From: Callorhinchus milii
Lineage: Eukaryota
DNA: 64,000 bases
Direction: 5' to 3'
NCBI RefSeq assembly: GCF_018977255.1
Contig: NW_024704742.1
Coordinates: 134,914,001 to 134,978,000 of the forward strand
The notes beneath the pieces were generated by a model. It saw only the letters and a list, made by a program, of their open reading frames with translations, was not told where the DNA came from and searched no databases. The position numbers were made by a program, and so were the translations under genes. Shown here piece by piece: positions 37,982 to 49,915 of the stretch; within the stretch, counting starts at the first letter, position 1, and every line of letters begins with the position of its first letter.

Positions 37982-39160
37982 AACAACAACAACAACAACA
38001 ACAACAAGATTCCATTTATAGAGCGCCTTTCACGTCAGGAGGACGTCCCAAGGCGCTGCACAGTTGGGTCATGACCCGAGCAGGGGGGAAATGGTCAGGG
38101 TGAGGGGAGGGAAGGGAGGGAGAGAGGAGGGGGGAAATGGTCAGGGTGAGGGGAGGGAAGGGAGGGAGAGAGGAGGGGGGAAATGGTCAGGGTGAGGGAG
38201 GGAAGGGAGGGAGCGAGGAGGAGGAAGAGAGTCGAGAGGGGAGCTGAAGGCTCGGTCAAAGAGAAGGGTTTTGAGACCGGCCTTGAAGGAGGAAAGGGAG
38301 GAAGCAAGGCGAAGGCACTGGGGGATGGAGTTCCAGAGCCTCGGGGCTGAGAGGCTGAAGGCCCGACCACCGATAGTAGGGCGGTTGGGGCGGGGGACGT
38401 GGAGCAGACCGGAGCCAGAGGAACGGAGGGTACGGGCAGGTAGGTAGGGGGATAGTAGGTTGGAGAGGTAGGAGGGAGCAAGGCCGTGAATGGCCTTGTA
38501 GGTGAGGATGAGGATCTTGAAATCAATCCTCTGGGGGATGGGGAGCCAGTGGAGGCGAGCGAGGGTAGGAGTGATGTGGTCCCGAAGCCTGGTGCGGGAC
38601 AGTACACGAGCTGCAGAGTTCTGAATGACCTGCAGCTTGTGGAGGGAGGTGGCGGGAAGGCCGGCGAGGAGAGAGTTCCCATAGTCCAGCCTTGAGGTGA
38701 CAAAGGCGTGAACCAGGGTTTCAGCAGCGTGAGGGGTGAGGTAGTGCCGTAATCTGGCGATATTCCGGAGGTGATGGAAGGCGGTGCCAGTTGTGGTGCG
38801 GATGTGAGGGAGAAAGGACAGCTCAGGGTCGAACAAAACGCCGAGGTTCCTGACTGGCTTTGAGAGGTGGAGAGTGCAGCCTTGGATGCTGATGGTGTCA
38901 GCGCCTGAGGTGCGGAGGCGCTGACGTGAGCCAATCAGGAGGGCCTCGGTTTTTCGCACGTTGAGCTGAAGAAAGTTGTCTCTCGTCCAGGACTCGATGT
39001 CGGACAGGCAGGCTGTCAGGACATCGGTGGTCGTGGAGTTGAGAGTAGAGGAGGAAAGGTAGAGTTGGGTGTCATCCGCATACATGTGGAAGTTAACCCC
39101 ATGTTTGCGGATGATGTCACCGAGGGGGAGCATATAGAGGGTGAAGAGGAGGGGACCGAG
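37982..39160 (-). mobile_element. Young 5'-truncated L2-clade LINE, about 1.18 kb
   Basis: (TTG)n tail, 46-nt tandem array near the 3' end, uninterrupted RT ORF. Confidence 0.95.
38141..39160 (-). pseudogene. L2 ORF2 reverse transcriptase C-terminal part (5'-truncated, stop-free)
   Basis: [14 protein letters not shown]...[10 protein letters not shown] (catalytic YADD)...LQLNVRKTE...VRNLGVLFD...[10 protein letters not shown]...LHWLPI...[10 protein letters not shown]. Confidence 0.93.
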
Positions 39161-39683
39161 AAGTTATCCCACCAAACTCTCTGGAGTCCCTACAGCTTGA
39201 TTCTTGCCAACCTGTGCGTAATACTTTCTGGGATTAGGTGAGCAGGTATGTCCCGTTGGAGGAGAGAGAGCGAGAGAAAGAAACATGGTATTCCATTGCA
39301 CAACTGCACACAAATGGAAATTTCCATGAGTAGATGGCATACATACATGGATCTCTCAGTTTGGTCTGGGTATTTAATGTGTCTTGCCTATTTTAAAGAA
39401 AACAACTGCTTTGGTTAAGATTACGTTCTAATGAATGTTTATATATACTGATTTTCTAGTATTTTAGGAGGTCAGTGTGGCTCAGTTGGAATTGCTCCTC
39501 ACTCACTTCTGGGTTAGAAGATTGTGAGCTCAAAGGCCAATATTGGGTTGAGATTAATAGTCCAGACTGACAGTCCAGTGAAATGTCTCGTGAGTGCTGC
39601 ATTATCAGAGGTGCGTCCATCGACTTTTGGAATAGAGGAAAGATCTCGTTTTTGTTCCTATTTTAGAATTCCTTAGAATATTT

Positions 39684-39998
39684 GTGGAGTCCTGTAACTC
39701 AGTGGTTAGAGCACTCGCCACTCAAACGAGAGACCTGGGTTTGATTCACAGCAGGTTGAAACCTGGGGCAAATTTCCTTACTCCACACTCCGCCTAATAA
39801 TAATCTCTCAAGAAAAAGAAATAATAAATTGGTCACTTCAATCCACAACTGTTTGTCGGACACTACTGTGCGCAATTGGCTGCTGCGTTTCGCCCACAAA
39901 TATACAGTCAATTTACTTTACAGTATATTCTGTGAAGCGCTTTGAGATGTCTCGAAGACATGAAAATCACTATATCAAATGCAAGGATTATTATTATT
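39684..39998 (+). mobile_element. tRNA-Ala-like SINE, internally deleted variant
   Basis: GTGGAGTCCTGTAACTCAGTGGTTAGAGCACTCGCC head; GCCTAATAATAATC deletion junction; shared tail. Confidence 0.9.
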
Positions 39999-42202
39999 GT
40001 TTGTAAGCATGGTGATGGGTTTCTGCTTGTTTCAGAAAATAATTGTTTCAAACCCCATTGAAGGTTAATTCTCTATTACAATATAATAATCCTTGCATAT
40101 GTCCAGGCACCTCTACGGCTTCGCAGGTACTACTGAAATGTGCAGTGACTGAATTTTGTAGACAATATTAAAAATAATAATATTCACATGCATAAATCCA
40201 GTGTCACACACACTTATATAAAGTTGAGGAAATTGGTCTAGATTGTCTAGTTTGTAATTATTATCTAGATGTTGGTGAGGTTGCCAATAAATATATTGAG
40301 GGAACTACGTCTGAGGTTCTTCTTCTCATCTTGTTTCTGCATCATAAACATATTTCAACTTGACATTACTCCTGTGCCAAGTCGCAGTCCATCACTTCAA
40401 CAGCCAACGCTCCTGCTCACACACCGACACAACCAGTCTGCTATTTGAAACTTTCATTCCGACTCATAGAGTACTTATAAATGAGATCAAAATACAAATA
40501 TGGCGCAAAACTGTTGTCCGAAGTTAAAACTTCTACTTTTTGTTGGACTTCCAGCAAAAGAAATGTCAAGACGGAAGAAAATTAAATAACTATTGTATTA
40601 TCTTCTGCGACATGGGAGAATTTCAACATCTTGAATTCTAGTTGGCAATTGTTTTTAATGTTAGAAGAGTAACGGAAATTGCCTAGAGATAACCACCTTC
40701 CCCCAAGGCTCAGGATCTCTTTCAAAATGCGTTTCATTTAAAATAAGAATCCTTGCATTTGACACAGCGCCTTTCACTTTTGGGGAACACTCAAAGTGCT
40801 ACACATGTTTTACATGTAAAGTGGAGTGACTGTATTTTTTAGGCCAACAATTTCCACACAGCAATGTCCCACAAACAGCCATGAAGCGAGTGAACAGTTT
40901 TGATCTCACGTAAAAGCTTTCACGCTAAATGAAAAAACACAAGCTACAGTTTATTTGTCGAAAAGATTTTTATAAAAGAGAATCACATCTCAATGTTCAA
41001 CATCGTGTCCCAAAATACTACAAAGCTTTTAAAAACGCTCCAAATTAAAGCTTTGGCTTCTGCAATTCAATAAGTTACATCCCCCGAAGGTCTCGGTGAT
41101 ACAGGCACATTCTAAATCTGTCACCTTGGTCAATTGGAACAATCTACATTTATTGACACAGGGTGCACCTGTTATTGCTCAGGTTTTTCTTTCTTTAAAG
41201 TTGGCAGTGCTCGAGTCTTCCTCCAAAAGCAACAGGCTTCCCTTTGCCTTTATTAACAAATCCCGCAGTGGTAGTATGTGGGCAAGGATTAGTCCCTCCT
41301 GGGGCTTGGCCAGCTGGACTGCACGTCACTTTCAAGGGAAAGCACAGTGTGATGGGATCAGAGCTCACAGCACGGACTCGCAATAATGGCAGCTGCAGGT
41401 CTGAACTGGAACTAGTGGCCGGTTCGCTTCACACACACACGGTCAAGGTTCAGCCGTGCCAGAGACGAGTTTAGAAAAGTCACTAAAAAGGGCTTCTGTA
41501 CACACCTATCTGCATTTTATTACATGGCACTGCAAATCTCTAATGATTAATTGGTTAATTGGTTAATTGGTATTTTGATTACTCTTTGCTTCTCGATTAT
41601 ATAAAAACATCTGGTCACTCAATTCCCGACTGTTTGTGGGACACTGCTGTGAGCAATTGGCTGCCGCGTTTCACCCAAAGTACACTGTCACTGCACTTTA
41701 CAATATATTTTGTGAAGAGCTTTGAGATGTCTGAACGACGTGATAAGGCGCTATATCAAATGCAAGGATTATTATTATATATTGCAACAATGCCACTACA
41801 TTGTTTAGCTTATGTCTGAAATTCATAATTGATGGAAATTGATTCCAAAATACCTCAGTGAGTTTAACTTTTGGAACAACGTGTATTTTTTTTAAAATAA
41901 AGATTTTATTCATTTTATTGCTGACTTTTTCACGTTTTCCTAATGAACTGCCTAACATGAGACAAAGACTAGCCTGATACCAAGTACAGACTAGTCTTCA
42001 GTTTGAGTGCTCAGCCGGCCTACGTAAGCGCTTTGAGACGCTATTATAAATGTAATTAGATGGCTATTTGGCAAAGAAATCAATTGAGGGGTATGAGAAA
42101 TATTATTTTGAAAGTTTGAGATCACAATGTTTTTTTTTCCAGTCTGGTTCACTCAAACACCCCCAGTAACAATAGATTCCTTTCTCACTGCTCTTTTGGA
42201 AT

Positions 42203-42545
42203 TATTTGGCACTGTCAAAAGCCACGGCTTGGGGATCCCAGAGTGTGCGTTGGGGTAACTGTTAGAGTCTAACCAGCTAAAACTACATAGCTTGCCATTG
42301 AAAGCACTGCCCAGCAAAATTCCCGCTGCTTGTCTAGCTAGGCCCACCCTACTTACGAGGGTCTTGGCTTGAGGGGTTAACAGGAGCCGAGTGGGAAGAA
42401 TACCTTCTCCTAGCTCCCAATATCTGCTCTTCTAGTCCTACCAATGAGTCATGTTGCCTGGTCTGTCATCAGCTGCAGCTCTCGAGTCCTGCAGAACCCA
42501 CCCGACTCAGGAACCAGACCAACAAGACCGACACAGAGGGTTGAC
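42203..42545 (+). repeat. Unidentified dispersed repeat, copy 1
   Basis: Collinear similarity to the reverse complement of 53256-53572. Confidence 0.75.
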
Positions 42546-44239
42546 AAGATTTCGACATTCTATTGCAAAGAATGTCACCTTGGAGCCAGTTCACTACCAA
42601 AGAGACCCCACTCACTTCTCCCACAAGTAAGACAGTTAATTCGGTGAACGAGGCTGTAAATAAACTCTTATGGGACCTTTAAAGGATGTAAATGTAATTT
42701 AGCTAGCTGCATTGGAAATTGTCTTAGGAATAGAAAGACTTTGTTGGAAGGGGAGGGAAAATAGTCATTAGTGGAATTCCACTGGAGGCTGTTTTGCTGT
42801 CCATATTATTCCAGAACCATAGGGAGAAAGAACATCTTGAGATCTTATAAAAAGTTCAGATTCTTCATCAATGTGGTTTAGGTGAGGAGCATAAATAAGA
42901 CGGAAGGAATCATGCACAAAGATCTGAGCTAATTAAGCGAATGCGCTAAGGGAATGGCAGATGGAGTTTCATGTGGATAATGTCTTTGTGACAAAGTTAG
43001 CCACATAATGAGCGAAGCCTTTAGAAACCAGGAAATGTACCTGAATGTCAGGCATCTATGCTGCCATCCTATTTACCGGTCCTGACATGCAAAAGTCACT
43101 CTGAGTCTAGCCACAAATGCAGAGGCACCAATGTTTTTTGGTTCCTCCCAAGTGGTATTGTGACATTATGTGATTGTAATAATTCCCCCCTATCTCAATT
43201 GGTGTCCTCCATCCTCTGATCAGTGAGTGAGCCTTCTACCATGTTATCTCGTCCCTAATTCCCACCCCCTTTGCCTTCTTGCCTAATTCCCTTCCGCCTT
43301 GTCCTCACTCCCTACATCCCTTTGCCTTGCATGCTCTTCTCCACTTTCAAAACCTTTCTTAAAAAAACGTTTTTTAAGAAACTTCTTTGAGTGTGCCTTC
43401 AATCATTCCCTTCCTACCCCCCTCCTCAATCTCCTAGCCTGCTCGGACAGGGTTCTCCATCACTGTAAAGTGCTCCAGGATGCTACCATGCATTAAGTGC
43501 GCTATATAAAAGCAAGTTGTTGTTGTTGTAAAGTGCTTTGAGACCTTTAAATACACGAAAGGCACAAGTACAGGTTGGTGTTATAATATAATAATGATCC
43601 TTGTATTTGATATAGCGCCTTATCAAATCGTTGAGACGTCTCAAAGCACTTTTCTTTGCTGTTGCTGAAACAGAAACCAGGAAATGTACCTGAATATCAG
43701 GCACATTTGCTGCCATCCTATTTACCTAATTCCCATATATTATTTTTGATATGGACACCAGGAAGAGGAAAAACACTGTCTGAAAGGTCCTTCGCATGAA
43801 CAGGTATTGAATATCCTTGCGACACTTATGTGGTGCCATACAATTACGCTACTGCTAAGTGTTTAGGGGCTGGGAGCAATGGCGGAAGACAGACTCCCAG
43901 TGGCGTACAAGGTGCAGCCCTGGACAAATGACTGCAAGTATGTCATCCGAACACGAATCAATACTACAAAGGGAACTGGGTGAGCCCCTGAACAGTGAAA
44001 GAACATTAAGGGATACGAGAAAAGGTCTGGAAAAATGGGATCAATAAAAAGAGCGACTTAGAAAACGTGTAACTGTACAGTGGACCTGATGGGCCAAATG
44101 GCCTCCTTCTGTGCAGGTAATGTCAGCCAATATTGGGGGTAGTTTAAGCAGTTAAGCGGTGTCCATCTGTAGGCATCTGCCTACAAATATACAGTGACCG
44201 CACTTTACAATAAATCTTGTCTTAACGTCTTTTAACCTC

Positions 44240-44500
44240 GGCTTTCAGGCAATGTGCTCCAGACCATAACAACTCGCTGGGTAAAAAAATGTTTCCCCAT
44301 CTCCTCTGGTTCTTTTGTCAATTATCTTAAATCTGCGACCCACCTGCCAATGGAAACAGTTTCTCCCTATCCACTCTATCAAAACCCCTCATAACTTTGA
44401 ACACCTCAATTAAAGCTCCCCTTAACCTCTCTGCTCTAAGGAGAAGAAACTCAGCTTCTCTAGTCTCTCCACATAACTGAAGTCTCTCACACTGGTATCA
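44240..44500 (-). mobile_element. CR1 3' ORF2 fragment
   Basis: Similar to 46088-46330 and 55730-56000 (CCCTTAACCT...CTGCTCTAAGGAGAA). Confidence 0.8.
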
Positions 44501-44622
44501 GATGGAAGTCCTACCCACATTACGCTGGTGCTTCCAGTATGCATACACCTGCGCAACTTGGATAGATCTTCCATTTTACCACTACAACTTTATATACACA
44601 CACACTCTAAAGTACACACATA

Positions 44623-44986
44623 TAATAATAATAATAATAATCCTTGCATTTGATATAGCTATCACGTCTTTGAGACGTCTCAAAGCGCTTCACCGAATAT
44701 TCTGTAAAGTGAATTGACTGTGTATTTTGTGGGCGAAACTCAGCAGCCAATTGTGCACAGCAGTGTCCCACAAACAGTCGTGGATTGAAGTGACCAAATT
44801 GCTATTATTTAAACATGTTTTTAAGGGTTTATTACCCCCAGAAAAGTAATCCGTCAATCGACTAACAACTGAGTTCCTCCTTACTGCTAGGTAAACAGAG
44901 GCTTGTGGAGTAAGGAAACTTGGCTAAGGTTTCGCCCTGCCTGGGACTTGAACCCAGGTCCTCTAACCACTACTCCAGGACTCCAC
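44623..44986 (-). mobile_element. tRNA-Ala-like SINE (anticodon-arm region deleted)
   Basis: Tail, core and head end GGACTCCAC in reverse orientation. Confidence 0.88.
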
Positions 44987-45891
44987 TATATATACATTTA
45001 TAGTTTTAAATGAAACCAGTAAGTAACAAATTTGAAAGTTACAAAAACTCAAATATAATATTCCACTTTTATAAATATGATTTGGAAACTTAACAAATGA
45101 TCGTGAGAAATGTGCCTCTGTTAACCCCAGACAGACTCATATCCGATCCATTAATTTGATCTAAGTATAGAATTTCAATGCATCAAATCACTTCCCATTC
45201 AATAGAATTATGGAATTTCTGACCCAGGCATAACACTTAAACGCATGATCCCGATCCAAGTATGAAATGGTTGCCCAATCATTCACTGCCCTCCAAAATC
45301 CAGCGCCACCCTCTACCCACCCCCACCACCCCCGCACACTCCGTCTACTCTGCAAATCCGAATGACAAGTGTATTTTAACACTGTGAACTGCTTCCTGTT
45401 GTAGGTAATTAAAAAAGGCTCATTGGTAGCCGATTCCATTTTGAATCTGTAAAGAGTACATAACAAAGCAATCGCAGTCATAAATATTATAAATAGGTGA
45501 ATTTTTAGACGTGGTCTGTCAATTGTTATGCATTTATCAGCATTTCGTTCTTCAGGACCTTATTGCATAGCCAAAATGTTTGCAGAAAAACAAATCAGAC
45601 CAAAGGGATCTTAAATAACTTGGCTGTGGAGTTGGACTCCATGTCAATGGACTACACAATGTAAAATCTTCACATCTTTAACATCTACTCTGGGGTATTA
45701 ATGGTCTCCGAGCTAGGCTGTAGAGTAGGGGTTAAGTGAGTGCTGTGTGGTCAAAGATACCTTCCTCTCGATGGGATGTTAAACTGAGGTCCTGAGCCTG
45801 TTCAGGTGGACGGTAAAGAACTCATGAGATGATTTGAAAAGGGAAGGGAGTTTCTCCTGGTGTCCTGGCCAACGAGCTTTAGGATTAATTA

Positions 45892-46332
45892 TAGAATCAT
45901 AGAATTATACAGCACAGAAGGAGGCCATTCGGCCCATCGTGTCTCTGCTGGATCTTTAAAAAGAACTATCCAAATCAATCCCACTCCCCCGTGCTCTCCC
46001 CTTAGCCCTGCAAATTTGCCCTCCCCAAATAATTATCTACTTCTTTCTCTCTTAAAAGTTGTTGTCGAATCGGCCTCCACCATCTTTTCAGGCAATGCAT
46101 TCAAGGTCTGAACAACCCGCTGTGTTAAAACATTTCTCCCCTCTGTTTCTTTTAACAACTATTTTAAATCGGTGTCCTCGGGTTACCAACCCAACTGCCA
46201 GTGGAAATAGTTCCTCGTTGTTCACCCTATTGATTCCCTTCATAATTCTGAAAACTTCTATTAAGTCTCCTCTTAACCTTCTCTGCTCCAAGGAGAATAA
46301 TCCTAGCGTCTCTAGCCTCTCCTGATAACTGA
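45892..46332 (-). mobile_element. CR1 3' fragment
   Basis: SYQERLETLGLFSLEQRRLRGDLIEVFRIMKG...TRGHRFK; 3' end revcomp ATAGAATCATAGAA. Confidence 0.9.
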
Positions 46333-46659
46333 ACAGATACAGATGGGACCTCAGTTTAAAATAGCTTGGGACCTCCAACAATGTGTTAGGACATCAGCCT
46401 AGATGATATGAGTTACAAGACAAACCAATTGCAATAAGCAGAAGAGTTTCAAAGACACCACTCTAACTCAAACTGTAAAACTGATGAAAAGACATTGGGA
46501 ACTTTAAAATGTTTTAAAAATCTAAAATGTTCATTTATTGCATTAATTTGCATTCATGCCTTCCACGTCGTTATGACACCTTGAAATGCTTTGCAGAGAC
46601 TGTGTATCACCATTAAATGGAGCATAGTCCCAGTAACAAATTATGGATAATATTTGTCC

Positions 46660-47016
46660 AGTCCTGAAGCAAAATGGTTAGAGCAATCACTTCGCAAGCG
46701 AAAGGATTGAGTTTGATTCCCAGACCGGGCGAAACTTTAGGCAAGTTTCCTTATTCAACGTGCTTCTGTTTACCTATCAGTAAGTAGATTGATAGATCGC
46801 TTTTCCGGGTTAATAATCCCTTCAATAAAATAAATAAATAATAATAATTTGGTCATTCAATCCACTACTGTTTGTAGGACCCTGCTGTGCGCAATTGGCT
46901 GTGGCGTTTCGCCCACAAAATAGACAATCAATTCACTTTGTATATCCCATGAAGCGCTTTGAGACGCCTCGAAGACGTGATAAGGTGCTATATCAAATGC
47001 AAGGATTATTATTATT
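46660..47016 (+). mobile_element. tRNA-Ala-like SINE
   Basis: Degenerate head, core TAGGCAAGTTTCCTTA, shared tail. Confidence 0.85.
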
Positions 47017-48169
47017 TTAATTTTAAGAAGTAAGTGCATTTTCAAGACACAAATAGAACAACCACACAAGGAAAGGCAGACGTTCACTATTATATACACA
47101 TATATTGCTTTTACTTTCCAGTAATGAAAAGACCCTTCTCTCTCCTTGTCCCCCTCCCGCAGATGATGCCGGTAAAACTCTGAATAGCCACATGTGCAGG
47201 CAGTTCTACACAGCATGCTTTAATGCAGCGGATTCTTGCGGGATTATCCCTAATGCTGTGGCTGGCCGGGGTGCTGAAATTCGTTTCAGTGAATGCACAT
47301 AAACTGATGAACACAACCTGCTGTTTTTCTAGTCAATAAATGTGAATTGAAATAAAAAAAAAGCCACGAGCTCAACATAAAAGCTCTCTTGTGAAGCATG
47401 CTTAACATCGCAGACAGAAGTGAGGCAGCTGTGTGCATTTTATTGTGGACGTGGTAAATCAAGCACAAAGGGGGCAGCGCAGCAGGATACCAAGAGGGCA
47501 AGATGCACGCTTCATAATACATCTGCTATTCCACAGCCTTCCCCTCTTGTATTCTAAGGATGCGATGCGCCATTTTCAATCTAAATCTAGTTACGGATTC
47601 ATAAGCAAATGCTCTCTTGCTCATTATTCAATGGATCACAATGAAAATTACACTGGGTTCCTAAAGGCTGCTTGCTGATACATTCATTACCTGACATTTT
47701 ACACGCACAGCAAAGCTCATCATCTTGACATACTGAATGTATATTCATATAGTTTGGTGGTCAAAAAATGACACCTCTTTTGCTTCTTCAAGTACAGAGC
47801 TTTCAAAGAGTCACCTTTGCATGCCACAACATGTAGATGTTACCAAGAATGAGGGAATACTAAAATTCTGTACAATCTTACATTTTACATTGTGTAGTTT
47901 TAAGCTGTTGAAATGAGAAGTCCCAGGACTCTGCCATATACTTGGTTTCTTACCCATTAAGATTACTACTTGGAGAGTGAGGGAGGGGGGTGGCTTTCAC
48001 CCAATGGACTCTCCCCACGTGAGCACTAAGGATTAGGAACTGCATCGAGGAAGCTTGAGGTATGAACCTGGACTCTAAAAGGACTGTAGAATGTTATACC
48101 TCTTTAACGGGCCATATGGCCCATTGAGTCTTAGTTTCTCTATACATAAACTATATTATACATTGACAG

Positions 48170-48462
48170 AACTGCCATGTCTTTGGATGAGAGGTTAAAC
48201 CGAAGTCCCATCTGCCACTTCTTTGAGTAAATGTTAAAGATCGCTCGACACAACACTTCAAAAGAGAAAAAGAGCTTCTTCTGGTGTCCTGGCCAACAAG
48301 CCCCTGGATTAATTGGGCATTCACCTCTTGGCTGTTTGTGGGGCATTTGCTTTGTGCAAAATAGATGCAGAATTTGCCTATAAAAAAGCAGTCACAATGC
48401 ACTTGACAGTAATTACTCGAAAGAGATGTTTTGATGTGATAAGGCACTATAAAAATGCAAGC
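48170..48462 (+). mobile_element. Deu-domain SINE fragment
   Basis: CTTTGGATGAGAGGTTAAACCGAAGTCCCATCTGCC...GGTGTCCTGGCCAAC. Confidence 0.75.
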
Positions 48463-49269
48463 TCTTTCTTTTGAACGGAGAGGAGAATAGAGCGTGCAGA
48501 GTCTCCTTCTGAGCTAGACCTTGATTTCTCAGCCATGACTTTGTCACTCGTGACTTTTAGCAGGTCTCCCTCACATTAGAGAATGAACGCTATATACCAA
48601 TAGTTAGCGCATCCCCCACGCATTCATCACATTTAAAATAAATTACAGTGTTATCCATTGCAGCTGCCAGCTCAGGTGATTCATTTAGAATTTATCTTTC
48701 TTGGGACGTTTTTAATTTTACAGATGCTTCAGATCAGCAACTCAAAGAAAATAATTAAGAATGACTTCATCTTAAGATGCCCTGAGGTTAGATTCATTAA
48801 AAAAAGAGCATTTTATTGCAACCTTCATTTCCAAGACAGATTTTTGTCTTACTTTATTAGTTATATTGCTCGCAACTCATTTCCTAGATTTTAGCTGTAC
48901 ATAAAATCAGATGAATGGTTTTCTCCATTCTGTCCTCAGTAAAGACTATAATTGGTTTATATTTTGCCAGTGAAATAAATGTTGAGGACCAAGATATCCA
49001 TAGCGTCTTTTCTGTGGGATGTGGGCCAGTTCTTTTTGGTAATTCCATTTCTTTTGCAGTACGGTGTCAGTGGTTTAAAACCAAATCAGCTCACTACTTT
49101 ATATCAGCTGAGGAAAAAGTCCAGTGTTGCTATCCTTAATTTTACAGATGCTTCATATCAGCAACTCAAAAAAAAATTAAGAATGACTTCATTTTAAGAC
49201 GCCCTGAGGTTATATTCATTAAAAAAGAGAGCATTTTATTGCAACCTTCATTTCCAAGACATATATTTG

Positions 49270-49915
49270 TCTTGCCCCCCGCCCGGTCACCTACGGGGTA
49301 CCCTAAGGCTCTATCATTGGCCACTTCTCTTCCTCATTCATATGCTCCGTCTCGGTGATGTCATCCGCAGACACGGGGTTAACTTCCACATGTATGCGGA
49401 TGACACTCAACTCTACTTTTACACCTCCAGCTGTGACCTGCAGTCCTCTGATGTTCTGTCAGCTTGTCTGATGATCGCAAATTTCTTGCAGTTAAATGGA
49501 CGCCATACTCTTCGGTTCCCGTCGACATCTTCTGTCCTGCGGTTCCGACCTCCTCAACCTATCCGATCTGTCCTTAACCCTCTCTGAACAGGTGCACAAC
49601 TTTGCCATCAGGCTTGATACCCAGTTATCCTTTCTGCTCCACATCCGGTCCCTAACCGCTTTCCTCCACCTCCGCCACATTGACCGGCTCCAACAATATC
49701 TCACTCCACAAGCTGCCAAAACCCTTGTCCATGCCTTTGTCACCTCTCGGCTAGACTACTCTGATGCCCTCCTTGCCGGTCTCCCCTCCTCCACTATTCA
49801 CAAAATTCAAATCAACCAAAACTCCACCGCCTGCATTCTCACCTGCACTAAACTCCACCCCTGAATTCCCCTAGTCCTTACCAAGCTCCACTGGCTCCCT
49901 GTCACAGAGCAATAG
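49270..49915 (+). mobile_element. Degraded internal L2 RT fragment
   Basis: [22 protein letters not shown] and [22 protein letters not shown] in shifted frames. Confidence 0.9.
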
